From a virus, in IMG/VR virus record IMGVR_UViG_3300005732_000005, positions 1 through 64,000 of that record: a stretch of DNA of 64,000 nucleotides; one strand, 5' to 3'. Both the position numbers and the translations under genes were made by a program. Positions 27,887 through 37,185 of the stretch are shown piece by piece. Each line of letters opens with the position of its first letter. Position 1 is the stretch's first letter. The notes under the pieces are model-generated. The model did not search any database, was not told where the DNA came from, and saw nothing but the letters and a program-made list of their open reading frames with translations.

Positions 27887-28031
27887 GCTGTTTAGTTGCC
27901 GTATTTGCTTTGGCTAGTGCTAATAAAGCTTCAATCCTGATAATTCTCTGGGTTTCTGCTGGTGTGTTTTCTAAACTTCTACAATCATTAGCCAAAGCAG
28001 CAATTGCTGCAAAGATGTCTCTGTTGTTCAT
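27870..28031 (-). CDS. small convergent ORF (53 aa, MNNRDIFAAIAALA...)
   Basis: AGGAG RBS; overlaps 3' end of 27644-27886 by 17 nt. Confidence 0.55.
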   Translation of the reverse strand: MNNRDIFAAIAALANDCRSLENTPAETQRIIRIEALLALAKANTATKQPSHPV

Positions 28032-28061
28032 AATTATTTCTCCTATTTTCAATTTAGGGTG

Positions 28062-28118
28062 TTATAACAAGTTAATTAAGCGGACTTGCTTCGCCTGCCG
28101 CTTATTAAGGCGTTACTT
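28062..28118 (+). mobile_element. integron attC site 3 (57 bp)
   Basis: TTATAAC-AAG-TTAATTAAGCGG..GCTTCGC..CCGCTTATTAA-GGC-GTTACTT; architecture like short aadA-type attC. Confidence 0.88.
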
Positions 28119-28132
28119 TAACAAAACTCGAA

Positions 28133-28387
28133 TCAGTTGTCAACACTTCCAACACTACTTTCTTCAAGCCATTTATCAAAATCGTCGTCTCCAGAGTAAT
28201 CTACTTCTCGATTAACAAGGGTATACATTTCCTGAGAAGCTGCTAACCACATTGCTGCCTCTAGAGCATTATCAAACTCTTCAATGACTTCCTTTGTCTC
28301 AAAGTTGATTAGTGCAGAAGGTTTGTTCTTTCCTACACCAAAATCTACTTCAATAAGGTTATTTTCTTCCACAATATTATCGCTCAA
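28133..28387 (-). CDS. acidic hypothetical protein
   Basis: TTG start after GAGGTG. Confidence 0.55.
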   Translation of the reverse strand: MSDNIVEENNLIEVDFGVGKNKPSALINFETKEVIEEFDNALEAAMWLAASQEMYTLVNREVDYSGDDDFDKWLEESSVGSVDN

Positions 28388-28516
28388 AAGAAACACCTCG
28401 TTTAGTAAGTTCATTAATAATCTTAACTTTCTGACCACCTGTTGCAGAAGGTAATTTCTGAATAAGGTCTTTTGTTGAAAGTTGTGCTACTTTTACTAGG
28501 TTCTTTTGTTTTGCCA

Positions 28517-28705
28517 TTATTGTTTCTCCTCGTTAAAAACCACTTTTCGGGTAGATTGGAATAATGTAGAAAGATTACTACTTGTATGATAGTTATTCAC
28601 ACTACCAGTCCAATGCTTTCCAATATAACCACACCTTGTTAAACGTTCATTTTGTGTATATTCATTTAGCTCTTGTGCTGTTTTACATTGTTTGTATGAT
28701 GTCAT
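28517..28705 (-). CDS. hypothetical protein
   Basis: ORF with GGAGG RBS. Confidence 0.5.
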   Translation of the reverse strand: MTSYKQCKTAQELNEYTQNERLTRCGYIGKHWTGSVNNYHTSSNLSTLFQSTRKVVFNEEKQ

Positions 28706-29199
28706 AGTTCCTCCAACCACAGTTTAATATATTCTTGGACAAGAGATTTCTTATCCAAGCCAGAAATTCTTTTTCCAAAGTCTGTGAGTATCTTATCCTC
28801 AACTTTATCCTTTGTCAAACGATCTATTTTCTTTCTAACCTCGTTCATATAAGCATAGTGATAAGGTTTATCAGAATTATCTTTCTTAAGGTAGTTTCCC
28901 ATTCTAACAAGGAATTCTGGAAAGTCAATATCATATTTCTGCTCAATCTTCATTTTCTTAAATAACCCTAAGAAACGTCCTTCTAGCATATTAACTTCAC
29001 TTGTCAGAAGACCTCTTACCTTTCCATCACATCCTATCCCATTATCGTGGGTATGGTCAAGGACTAAATTTCCCGAATGACCAGTTATTTCACACAATTG
29101 TTCCAGAGAGTCTTTATATTCCTTAACACCCTTTGCGTTACGTAACCAGTCTTCGGGAAGAGAAACCCCTTTATGAGGTTTCTTTCTTCTTTTTGTCAT
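28702..29199 (-). CDS. endonuclease VII-like protein
   Basis: LCEITG...LVLDH.H....GKVRGLL...N..EG. Confidence 0.75.
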   Translation of the reverse strand: MTKRRKKPHKGVSLPEDWLRNAKGVKEYKDSLEQLCEITGHSGNLVLDHTHDNGIGCDGKVRGLLTSEVNMLEGRFLGLFKKMKIEQKYDIDFPEFLVRMGNYLKKDNSDKPYHYAYMNEVRKKIDRLTKDKVEDKILTDFGKRISGLDKKSLVQEYIKLWLEEL

Positions 29200-29755
29200 A
29201 AATCATTTGTCCTAAGAAGTAACTGTCTGTTAAGTCATCTAGCCCTGTAGAGTAATTGTACTGGGAGAACATGTCTTGTCCACAAAACTCCCTTACTGCT
29301 TCTACCATTTTCTTCTTATCCATTTTAATCTTCTTAGGCTTACCAGCTTTGGTCATTCCATCCCACTTACTATGCTCAGGTAAGAATTGGTGTGCGAAAG
29401 ATTTAAGTGAAGTGGGTGCAATCTCTTCAACTTCAATATCTGGAAATTCACAAATCAACCTTTCACGAATAGCTCCGAATAAGCAAGCTAAGTCGCGAGT
29501 AGCATTCCCAGCACTACCAAAGGATAAAGCTTCAAAAACAATAATATCTGGCTGAAACTCTTTCACTTCACCAATAACATCTTCGCAAACGTGGTGTATT
29601 TGTTTATGAAGATTATCATAGTAAGTTGTATCCTTTCGTTTTGTCTTTACGGAACTTTTACCTGTCTTGGAAAGTTTCTCGACTAAGAAAGTCCCATTCT
29701 CTTGTCTAGTGATAGCACACTTAGAGAGGGATTGGTCAATAGCTAATACTTTCAT
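29171..29755 (-). CDS. RuvC-like Holliday junction resolvase
   Basis: VLAIDQS, VFEALSFG, PTSLKSFA, DD..DS. Confidence 0.75.
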   Translation of the reverse strand: MKVLAIDQSLSKCAITRQENGTFLVEKLSKTGKSSVKTKRKDTTYYDNLHKQIHHVCEDVIGEVKEFQPDIIVFEALSFGSAGNATRDLACLFGAIRERLICEFPDIEVEEIAPTSLKSFAHQFLPEHSKWDGMTKAGKPKKIKMDKKKMVEAVREFCGQDMFSQYNYSTGLDDLTDSYFLGQMIYDKKKKETS

Positions 29756-31064
29756 GTAACCTCACTAGATGTTTATTTACCGAACACTTAACTTTACTCA
29801 AACCCTCTTCGTTGTAGGGGACACTTTTCTCTACCCTCAACAAAGTATTAAGAGAGTCGGTACACTTTTTCTTAGTAATTATTGTTCTGAAGTTTTCACT
29901 AGTATCCCACATCATTTGTTGTAACGGTTTACCTTTCACTCTCTAATCCTATAAACATTAGGTTTCCAAACATAAGGGTGTAATCCATCTTTAGGAAAAC
30001 TTTCATACAGAGTCACCGAGGCCACAACAGAATCCCAACCTTCTCCTACAGAAAAATCATGATACATTCCTGTTGGAGGTTCTGACATGCCTGATACATT
30101 ATACTCTAAGTGGCTAGGGTAATTCTTTTTCCACTCTAAGAACTCTTCTTTGGTTACTTCTTTCATAAAACTACTCCTCAATAATCACGTGGAAAGACAA
30201 CTCAACATCGTGGTAATCTAATTCTAACCAATCATCCGTGCCCTTGTCAATAAGAATGCTGTTATTAAGATAATCCATTTCCAATACCCTTGCTGTCTCG
30301 AATGAAACCTTTCTGGTATCAAGGTTATACCACCCATAGGTAATCCAATCACCTACTTCCAAAGGTTCACCATTCCAATCCTTCAATACTTTCATACATT
30401 ACCCTCTTCATAAGATTGCACTTTCTCTAAATCATTTACGTCTGCCACAAATTTCTCTCCAGTGCAAATTTCTCTGTAGAAAACATTCACCCCATCAAAA
30501 TCTGTTGGACGGGTAAGCATATCCTCTATAAAAAGTAAATCTGCTTCCGAGATAGCTTTATTGATAAGGATTATTTTATCTCTATTGGTCATTGTTTGTC
30601 CTTTTTGCAAAGTTTCAGTAATACTTCCAATTCTTCTGCGCTTAGTTCTACCGCACAACTACCACTGTATTCTGAATCGAAAACAGTGTCCATTCCGAAC
30701 TCTATACCGTTGCCTGTAATTCTATACTCGATACCGTCGGAAGTTTCTTTAATCATTACATATACTCCTCATATTTGTCCCAGAAGTCGTCTTCTGTCAG
30801 TTCTCTACTCTCTTCAAATATCCCTGTTTGCCAACATCCTGTTTGAGTATCTAGGTTTGCTATAAAATAACCATCCTGTCGAGTAAATCCTTCTGGCAGA
30901 TAACAACTGTAACCTGAAAGCTCTATAGCTTTATAAGGACTCACCCACTTAACCTCTCTTTCACAATCAGACAAACACCAAGCTTTGCAATCAGATATCC
31001 CAATCAATACTGGATAATTCACCTTCCTAAGAAACTTTTCTAGTAACCCTACTTCTAATCTCAT
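29736..31064 (-). CDS. run of small hypothetical ORFs (29736-29939, 29936-30181, 30171-30395, 30392-30592, 30756-31064)
   Basis: Overlapping start/stop codons and RBSs on minus strand. Confidence 0.6.
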
Positions 31065-31744
31065 AACAACTCCTTCACATCAACAAATACACTTGGCTTC
31101 AAATATTTACCATTTGGGAAACGTTCATTATGCTCTTTATCGTATTTACTCTTGAAGATATAAACCTTCTCACCAAGCAGTTCACCTTCTTCAAAGTATA
31201 CGTCTGTGTAGCGACCTTTGCTCTCGATATAATCACACTCTGATTCAGGGTCAACTGTTCCTACGACAGGGAACTTTGATTTATTACTGGTATTTACTGC
31301 ATCAAAGTATTTAACAACCTTCTCCACATCGATATCAGAAGCATTTGTTAAATCACAAAGAACATCTACAGCACTTTGGAAATGTCGAACACTGTGTTTT
31401 GTTGATAAGAAATAACTTTGTGCTTCGTGAAGCAAATCATTAAAGTCCATACCCTCAGGGTTCAAGTCGTAATCATATGTGCCATCAAGAAGAGACTTAT
31501 TACCAGCATACATCATTGCACAAGGAATAACTGTGACATGCAGATCAATTAATCCGTCGTATTTCTCTTCTTCATCATTATCCTTGATGGCCAACATACC
31601 TTCACAAAATTCTGAGTATGCGATATTAATCTGGTGCGGAAGTTGTTCATCTGAGTCAGTGGTAAGTCCTACGGCAACATTAATCTCGTCGGAAAGTTCC
31701 CATGTCTCAAGGATTTTTTGTTTAAGGGTGGTTTGTTGTGTCAT
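31061..31744 (-). CDS. MazG-like NTP pyrophosphohydrolase
   Basis: E..E...EE..DGLID.HV, V..SN.SK, GK.LKP motifs. Confidence 0.65.
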   Translation of the reverse strand: MTQQTTLKQKILETWELSDEINVAVGLTTDSDEQLPHQINIAYSEFCEGMLAIKDNDEEEKYDGLIDLHVTVIPCAMMYAGNKSLLDGTYDYDLNPEGMDFNDLLHEAQSYFLSTKHSVRHFQSAVDVLCDLTNASDIDVEKVVKYFDAVNTSNKSKFPVVGTVDPESECDYIESKGRYTDVYFEEGELLGEKVYIFKSKYDKEHNERFPNGKYLKPSVFVDVKELL

Positions 31745-31756
31745 ATTATTTCTCCT

Positions 31757-32080
31757 CTATTCGTAAACGGTTGTAACAACTTCTTTCGGGAAAACTTCCC
31801 AAACATCTTCTAAGGTAATCGGAGTTAAATCCATATCACTCGGAGAAAGATCACCTGTTGTATGGTAAGATGGTGTTTTAAAGAAACGTTCTTCTCCATC
31901 AATATCGACTTTTATAACTTTCTCATAAATATCATACCATCTTCGAGAATCTACCTTCTCTGAATGAACGTCTTTAAAACATTCCACTAAAGATTCATAC
32001 AAACCTTCTTCGCAAATACTCCACCCTTCAGAATTATTAAATTCTGTAAGGAATTCTCTTAAAGTTTTCTTATTGCTCAT
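31757..32080 (-). CDS. hypothetical protein
   Basis: ORF. Confidence 0.65.
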   Translation of the reverse strand: MSNKKTLREFLTEFNNSEGWSICEEGLYESLVECFKDVHSEKVDSRRWYDIYEKVIKVDIDGEERFFKTPSYHTTGDLSPSDMDLTPITLEDVWEVFPKEVVTTVYE

Positions 32081-33605
32081 CTTTCACCTCCACAATTTCA
32101 CCTGTTTGTTTATTACGTTGAACAGTTTTAAACATATTCTTCTGAATATATTCAATCATCATATCTACTTTCTCCAAAGATGAATCCAATCTTTCAACAA
32201 GTCCATCTTTCTTCAAAGATTTGTATGACTTAAGTTCATTATCTTTTAAACTAGATAATAATGCTAAGGATTCTCCAACAATTTCTTCTGACATTTCTTC
32301 ATTGAATATCTGATATGGTGCTGTCAACAGATTATTATTTTCAATCTTAGAAGTATCTACTTTGAAAGATTTGCACAACTTAAAGAAGTCCATTTGGTCA
32401 TCTAATGATCGTAACATGTATGCTGTTCTAAAGTAGAAATCTATATAAGTCAAAGTATCTACATCTTGCGGATCACCTTTATGGTCAGTATATTGCACTC
32501 CGTAAGGAAGTAGTTCTGCAAAAATATCGATAGTTGTTTGCAAAGATTCTTTGGCCGTTTTACAAGGTTTTAATCGTTTATAAACACTGTCTGCACCAAA
32601 ACCCATACCTCCGTTCAAATGACCTAATGCACTATAAAAATCTGCCCCATCTCCGACCAAAATTTGCCACAATAAACCTTTAAAACCAATAAACTTATAG
32701 TCCGCAGATGTCTCTTTAGGAATAATTTCTATATCCCCTGCCGACTCATTTGTATTAGGTACGCGGAAAGGTTGTGGAAATTTAAACTTACCCTTCTTAG
32801 GATGTTCCCCTGAATATGTGTCTGGATTACAAATCAACTTTGCAGAGTTATTACCATCCTTATCACTAAGGATACAAATTTTATTGAACTTACCTGTCTT
32901 GTTGTAATTGATAGCACCTAACCACCCCATCATATCCACGTAGTCATCAGTCTCAATGTTTCCGTGGATAGGTGATTCAGGTGTCTCTATGGCCAACCCT
33001 TCCTCTACTGCCCACTGTCTCAATTCTTTTAGAAGAATAGGAGGAAGACTGTCTTTACGATTACCTTTGTATGGTTTGCAAAGCGGAATTAAGTTCCTGA
33101 AATTCTCACCAGAACCGATTACAGTTATGACTTTATTAAGCCCGAATTGTTGCCTTACACGTTTAAGTTTTGTATTAACTTGGATCTGTGCTTGCTTGAA
33201 ACACGCTGACTTTTCACCTTTCAACTTAGAATGCTCTTCTATTGTGAAATCTTCTAAATTGTAAGGTTCTTTACCAGAAGTTTCTCGTTCCAAATTTTTA
33301 AGCCATAACCAAGAGTCCTTTTTAATACCTTTACCTAGCCCCTTAAAAACTTTGATACCTGCTAATTCTTCTGACCAACCATCTTTGTGGATCACCTTGA
33401 TATACTTGGTCTCTTGGTTCTTAGCAGCTTGGAAATACAATGTATCTGCATCGTAGTAAGCTACACAATCATCAGTGATAATATCCTTTAGGTTATCGAT
33501 TTGCCACTCTTTGAATATTGGATTATCACTCTCGTCCCTTTCAAAAGGTTTCTCCTCCTCAACAACACTCTGCTGCGAAGGGGTAAATTTCTTTGTAAAC
33601 GCCAT
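32070..33605 (-). CDS. 5'-3' exonuclease (T7 gp6/FEN-like)
   Basis: DAD, NFR...YKGNRK, ETDD, DKD, GD.AD motifs. Confidence 0.8.
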   Translation of the reverse strand: MAFTKKFTPSQQSVVEEEKPFERDESDNPIFKEWQIDNLKDIITDDCVAYYDADTLYFQAAKNQETKYIKVIHKDGWSEELAGIKVFKGLGKGIKKDSWLWLKNLERETSGKEPYNLEDFTIEEHSKLKGEKSACFKQAQIQVNTKLKRVRQQFGLNKVITVIGSGENFRNLIPLCKPYKGNRKDSLPPILLKELRQWAVEEGLAIETPESPIHGNIETDDYVDMMGWLGAINYNKTGKFNKICILSDKDGNNSAKLICNPDTYSGEHPKKGKFKFPQPFRVPNTNESAGDIEIIPKETSADYKFIGFKGLLWQILVGDGADFYSALGHLNGGMGFGADSVYKRLKPCKTAKESLQTTIDIFAELLPYGVQYTDHKGDPQDVDTLTYIDFYFRTAYMLRSLDDQMDFFKLCKSFKVDTSKIENNNLLTAPYQIFNEEMSEEIVGESLALLSSLKDNELKSYKSLKKDGLVERLDSSLEKVDMMIEYIQKNMFKTVQRNKQTGEIVEVKDEQ

Positions 33606-33727
33606 CTATTCTCCTCAAAATTTCTTATCCCATAATTAATCTTACCAAAATAATCTCTTTAAAGCCAGAACTTTTTGCAAAAAGATTACTTTGAGAAGGG
33701 GAGATCATTTGTCTCCCACAGGGGTTA

Positions 33728-35182
33728 TTAGTTACTAGATTTATTACCCTTAATTACATCTTGGACAAGTTTTGTTGATAATAAGTCACTCACTTGATTG
33801 CCACCAGTATTACCACCCATAACAATGTCTGGAGTGTCAATCTTAACTTGAGGTAATACTTGTGCAATAGCTTTAGCTTCTTCAAGAGACAACTCTGCAA
33901 GATAGATCTTTTCATTAGATGACTTTGCTTCTAGCTTAGCTTTAGCAACAGCAGCCTCTGCAAAACCTTTTTCTTTAGTAGCTTTAGCTTCGTAAAGAGC
34001 GGCTTGGTAGTTAGCAGCTTGAATACCCTCGTTTGCTTCTGCGATTTGCAATTCACGTTGTTTATCAATAATTGCCAGATTAGCTACCTTTTGACGTTCT
34101 ACAGTTTCAATAGCTTCATTATCTTTTGCAATCTGTAACTCACGCTGCTTATCGATCACAGCAAGGTCTGCAACTTTCTGTCGTTCAACCTTCTCTTTAT
34201 CAGCTTGAATTTGAGCTAACTCTACTTGTTTCTGAGCTTGAATTACTTCACGGTCTTTCTCCATAAGTGCTCGGTTCTTGGCGCTGATTCGTGCTGTCTC
34301 ACCTTTAAGTTGTGCGTTTACCGCTGCTTCTCGTTCTTTCCGTTGATCAGCAATCATGTCTGCACGTTCTTTCTCTCGACGTTTAATGGTGGCTACATAC
34401 TCTTGTAAATCAGTCATCGGTGCAAACTCACCCAAATCCACTTGAGAGATAGTGATACCATATTTAGTCAAAGAGTGTGGACGACGAAGAGGAATTCCTT
34501 TATCATCAGTCTGAATCACAACTTTATACTGGAACTGTTTCGCAGTCGCATTCTGGTCACGATTACCTGTTAAAGATTGGTCTGCCACTTGATCTTCAAC
34601 TTCCACCTTCTCTCGACGAGTTTGTAACATACCATTATCAGCTTGGTCTTGTAAACGCTGCTTGAAAGCACCTTTACCACCTTGCATGAAATCTTGTGCT
34701 AAGAATTGGTCGGTTGTTAAACTAAGCATATCTTTGGCAAATGTCTGGAATGTGTTACCTTCTAGATTACGTTGAGATTTAACTTCTTGGTGCATCTGCT
34801 CAAGTTTGTCAGGTGATGTTGAAAGACGTACTCTCCAACAAGCCTCCATCAAACCACCATAGTTGTCTGCAAAAGTGACCATTAACGGAGCACGTACTGC
34901 ACTCGCTGTATTAACAATCTCTTCATCATCACTAACACAAATTGTAGAGACAGCGTTATAAGTATCTACACGAGAGAAGAATGGTACTTTAAATTTCATA
35001 CCCTCTGTTTGATGCCATTCATATTTACCATTCATTGTGTTCTGGATACGGACCATCTCACCACTACTTACTGTTGTGAAACTGCTCATGCCTGTAATAA
35101 ACAAACCTAGGCCGATAGCAACACCCGTTCCATATTTCTTGACTGTTTTCATTACATCTTGTTGCTTAACTTGTTCGTTCAT
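33728..35182 (-). CDS. SPFH/band 7 (flotillin-like) membrane protein
   Basis: N-terminal TM, FKVPFF, TFAD.YGG, YGI.I, long Ala/Glu-rich coiled coil with internal repeat. Confidence 0.8.
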   Translation of the reverse strand: MNEQVKQQDVMKTVKKYGTGVAIGLGLFITGMSSFTTVSSGEMVRIQNTMNGKYEWHQTEGMKFKVPFFSRVDTYNAVSTICVSDDEEIVNTASAVRAPLMVTFADNYGGLMEACWRVRLSTSPDKLEQMHQEVKSQRNLEGNTFQTFAKDMLSLTTDQFLAQDFMQGGKGAFKQRLQDQADNGMLQTRREKVEVEDQVADQSLTGNRDQNATAKQFQYKVVIQTDDKGIPLRRPHSLTKYGITISQVDLGEFAPMTDLQEYVATIKRREKERADMIADQRKEREAAVNAQLKGETARISAKNRALMEKDREVIQAQKQVELAQIQADKEKVERQKVADLAVIDKQRELQIAKDNEAIETVERQKVANLAIIDKQRELQIAEANEGIQAANYQAALYEAKATKEKGFAEAAVAKAKLEAKSSNEKIYLAELSLEEAKAIAQVLPQVKIDTPDIVMGGNTGGNQVSDLLSTKLVQDVIKGNKSSN

Positions 35183-35262
35183 ATTTATTTCTCCTCTATC
35201 TAGTTAAGAGACCCTATCTTACCAGAGCCTCATTTATTGTCAATAATTATTTATTGAAAAAT

Positions 35263-35652
35263 TTAATCCCAACCACCTGACGAACTACTACTATCATAGC
35301 TGCTTGAAGAATCTCCCCAAGAACTTGAGCTTGAAGAAGGACTATAACTCGAAGGTGTATAAGACTCTGTAACGTGTGTTTCTACAAAATCATTTAACTT
35401 TGGCTCGTAACTAGAGTTTGAAAGTGTATAACCTCCTTTATCATCTTTATCATAACCTACTTCCTCGAAAGAATTGAAGTCTACAACATAATCTGTATCA
35501 TCCATAATCATTGACCAAAGCAACCACTGATTTAAGCTTGAATCGTACACTTCACGGTGACCGTTGTTATTAATACGACTCTTAGTAAAGTTCTTTGCCT
35601 GATACTTAGGTTTCTTTTTAAAACCGAAAATCTCTTTTAACTTTGTAAACAT
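35263..35652 (-). CDS. hypothetical protein with Ser-rich C-terminus
   Basis: ends SSSYDSSSSSGGWD. Confidence 0.7.
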   Translation of the reverse strand: MFTKLKEIFGFKKKPKYQAKNFTKSRINNNGHREVYDSSLNQWLLWSMIMDDTDYVVDFNSFEEVGYDKDDKGGYTLSNSSYEPKLNDFVETHVTESYTPSSYSPSSSSSSWGDSSSSYDSSSSSGGWD

Positions 35653-35764
35653 ATACTCTCTTATTATTTATTGAAAAATTTCTCTTGGCAACTCAGAACT
35701 AGATTACCAACACTCACCACTACCATTACAAATATTACAAAACTTACAATAATGTCTAGCAGCA

Positions 35765-36670
35765 TTAATAATCTACCTCAGTAGCTTCCTTCTCCAAGCT
35801 ATTCACCACTTTCAAAAGGGTTGGTAGTTGGATGATATATTGTCCCATAAAGTTTGCACTTGGAGTAGAGTCTTCATCTTGCTCAAAAGCGTGGTCTTCT
35901 TTAAACTTGATGCCTTTAATCTCAAACTTATTTGTCACCTCAAGCTCTACTACACCATCATAATCTAGCTGAAGTAATTTTACCACTTTGTTACGATTAC
36001 TGATGAACGCCAACACTTCATCATCAGCAGGGTATTCCTTCTTAACACTGATTGTCACTGACTTAGGACTCTTCTCAAACTCACTTTTATCACCAAGGGA
36101 TACCTTCTCCACAAGCATAAATGGATCAGGAAGATGCTTACTTTCGTTGATGATATAGTTTGTCAAAAGCTTCTCTAAAATAGGTGCTTCAAACTCTACA
36201 GGAAGAACATTCTCATAATCACCTTCCATTGCACCAAGAATATAACTCATAACATTATCGACTTTCTTAACACCACCTTCTACCAACAACTTGCTTGTCT
36301 GGTTATCCAGAACAACTAAACTCTGTTGGATAGGTTTGAATCCTTGATAAGGGAGATATTCTTCTCGAAGTTGTAGAATCTTCTCATCAAGTTCCTCATC
36401 TGTATAAGTGTCACCTTCTTTAACTTCACTCTCTAGTTGAGATTTAGCTTCCTGTTCAAGCTGTGTTAGGTCAGGTTCTTTTCGTTCCTGATAAGCCACT
36501 TTGATTAAATCAAAACGGTCAACCTTCTGAACAAAAGTATCATCGAACAAAGGAACAAAACCTAACATAGAGACTTGATTGTTCGTCATTTGACGAAAAT
36601 GGTGTTGTTCGATAAAATCTTGGTTGAAAGATGCTTTGCCTTCGAATTTGAATGTTGTGATTTGCTTCAT
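35765..36670 (-). CDS. rdgC: RdgC-like recombination-associated protein
   Basis: GFVPL, ERK.P, LP, V..L.L and IKGIKF patterns; about 300 aa. Confidence 0.55.
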   Translation of the reverse strand: MKQITTFKFEGKASFNQDFIEQHHFRQMTNNQVSMLGFVPLFDDTFVQKVDRFDLIKVAYQERKEPDLTQLEQEAKSQLESEVKEGDTYTDEELDEKILQLREEYLPYQGFKPIQQSLVVLDNQTSKLLVEGGVKKVDNVMSYILGAMEGDYENVLPVEFEAPILEKLLTNYIINESKHLPDPFMLVEKVSLGDKSEFEKSPKSVTISVKKEYPADDEVLAFISNRNKVVKLLQLDYDGVVELEVTNKFEIKGIKFKEDHAFEQDEDSTPSANFMGQYIIQLPTLLKVVNSLEKEATEVDY

Positions 36671-36695
36671 ACTACCATTTCTCCTTATATTAATT

Positions 36696-36917
36696 TTAAA
36701 CGTCTGAGGTAACTTTTGCGATTGTAAGTAAAATGATACCTACAACAGTCTGCAATAACCAATAACCTGCATTAGGTAATACAATCTCAAAGAAACCTTG
36801 TTCTGTCTTCACCATTTCGTAGATACTGTAACCTACCCAAATAACAGTGCTTGTTGTTGCTAATAGCCCACCTAATACTAAACTGATGCTTGCAATTAAA
36901 ACTCTTAACACTTCCAT
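36696..36917 (-). CDS. membrane protein (2 TM)
   Basis: hydrophobic segments. Confidence 0.6.
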   Translation of the reverse strand: MEVLRVLIASISLVLGGLLATTSTVIWVGYSIYEMVKTEQGFFEIVLPNAGYWLLQTVVGIILLTIAKVTSDV

Positions 36918-36933
36918 AATCTTTCTCCTTATA

Positions 36934-37122
36934 TTAATCTTCTAATAAACCTGAATCTACTAAAGCAACTATCATAGCCGTCATTGCAGCAATATTATCA
37001 TTCTCTTCGGGTGTGGTCAAATACTTTGTAAACTCTTTACGTAAATATTCATACTTCTGCTGCACAGATTCATCTTGCTCAGACATAATACCTTTAGCCA
37101 TAAGTGCGTACATTTCAATCAT
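36934..37122 (-). CDS. hypothetical protein
   Basis: ORF; TTGACA promoter at about 37182. Confidence 0.6.
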   Translation of the reverse strand: MIEMYALMAKGIMSEQDESVQQKYEYLRKEFTKYLTTPEENDNIAAMTAMIVALVDSGLLED

Positions 37123-37185
37123 ATTGTTTCTCCTTTGTTGTTAAGATAGCGCCCATTTTACAGGACGCTGATTGTTTGTCAAGGG

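Larger units (their letters stand above)
27606..28112 (+). mobile_element. integron gene cassette B (about 0.5 kb)
   Basis: Starts G/TTATAA; its attC begins with the exact complement TTATAAC. Confidence 0.8.

Noticed and set aside
26427-28118. attC-like palindromes read as simple terminators or CRISPR repeats
   Set aside because: No U-tracts; AAC/GTT ends, extrahelical bases and R'/R'' complementarity across cassettes fit attC; spacing is 0.5-1.1 kb.
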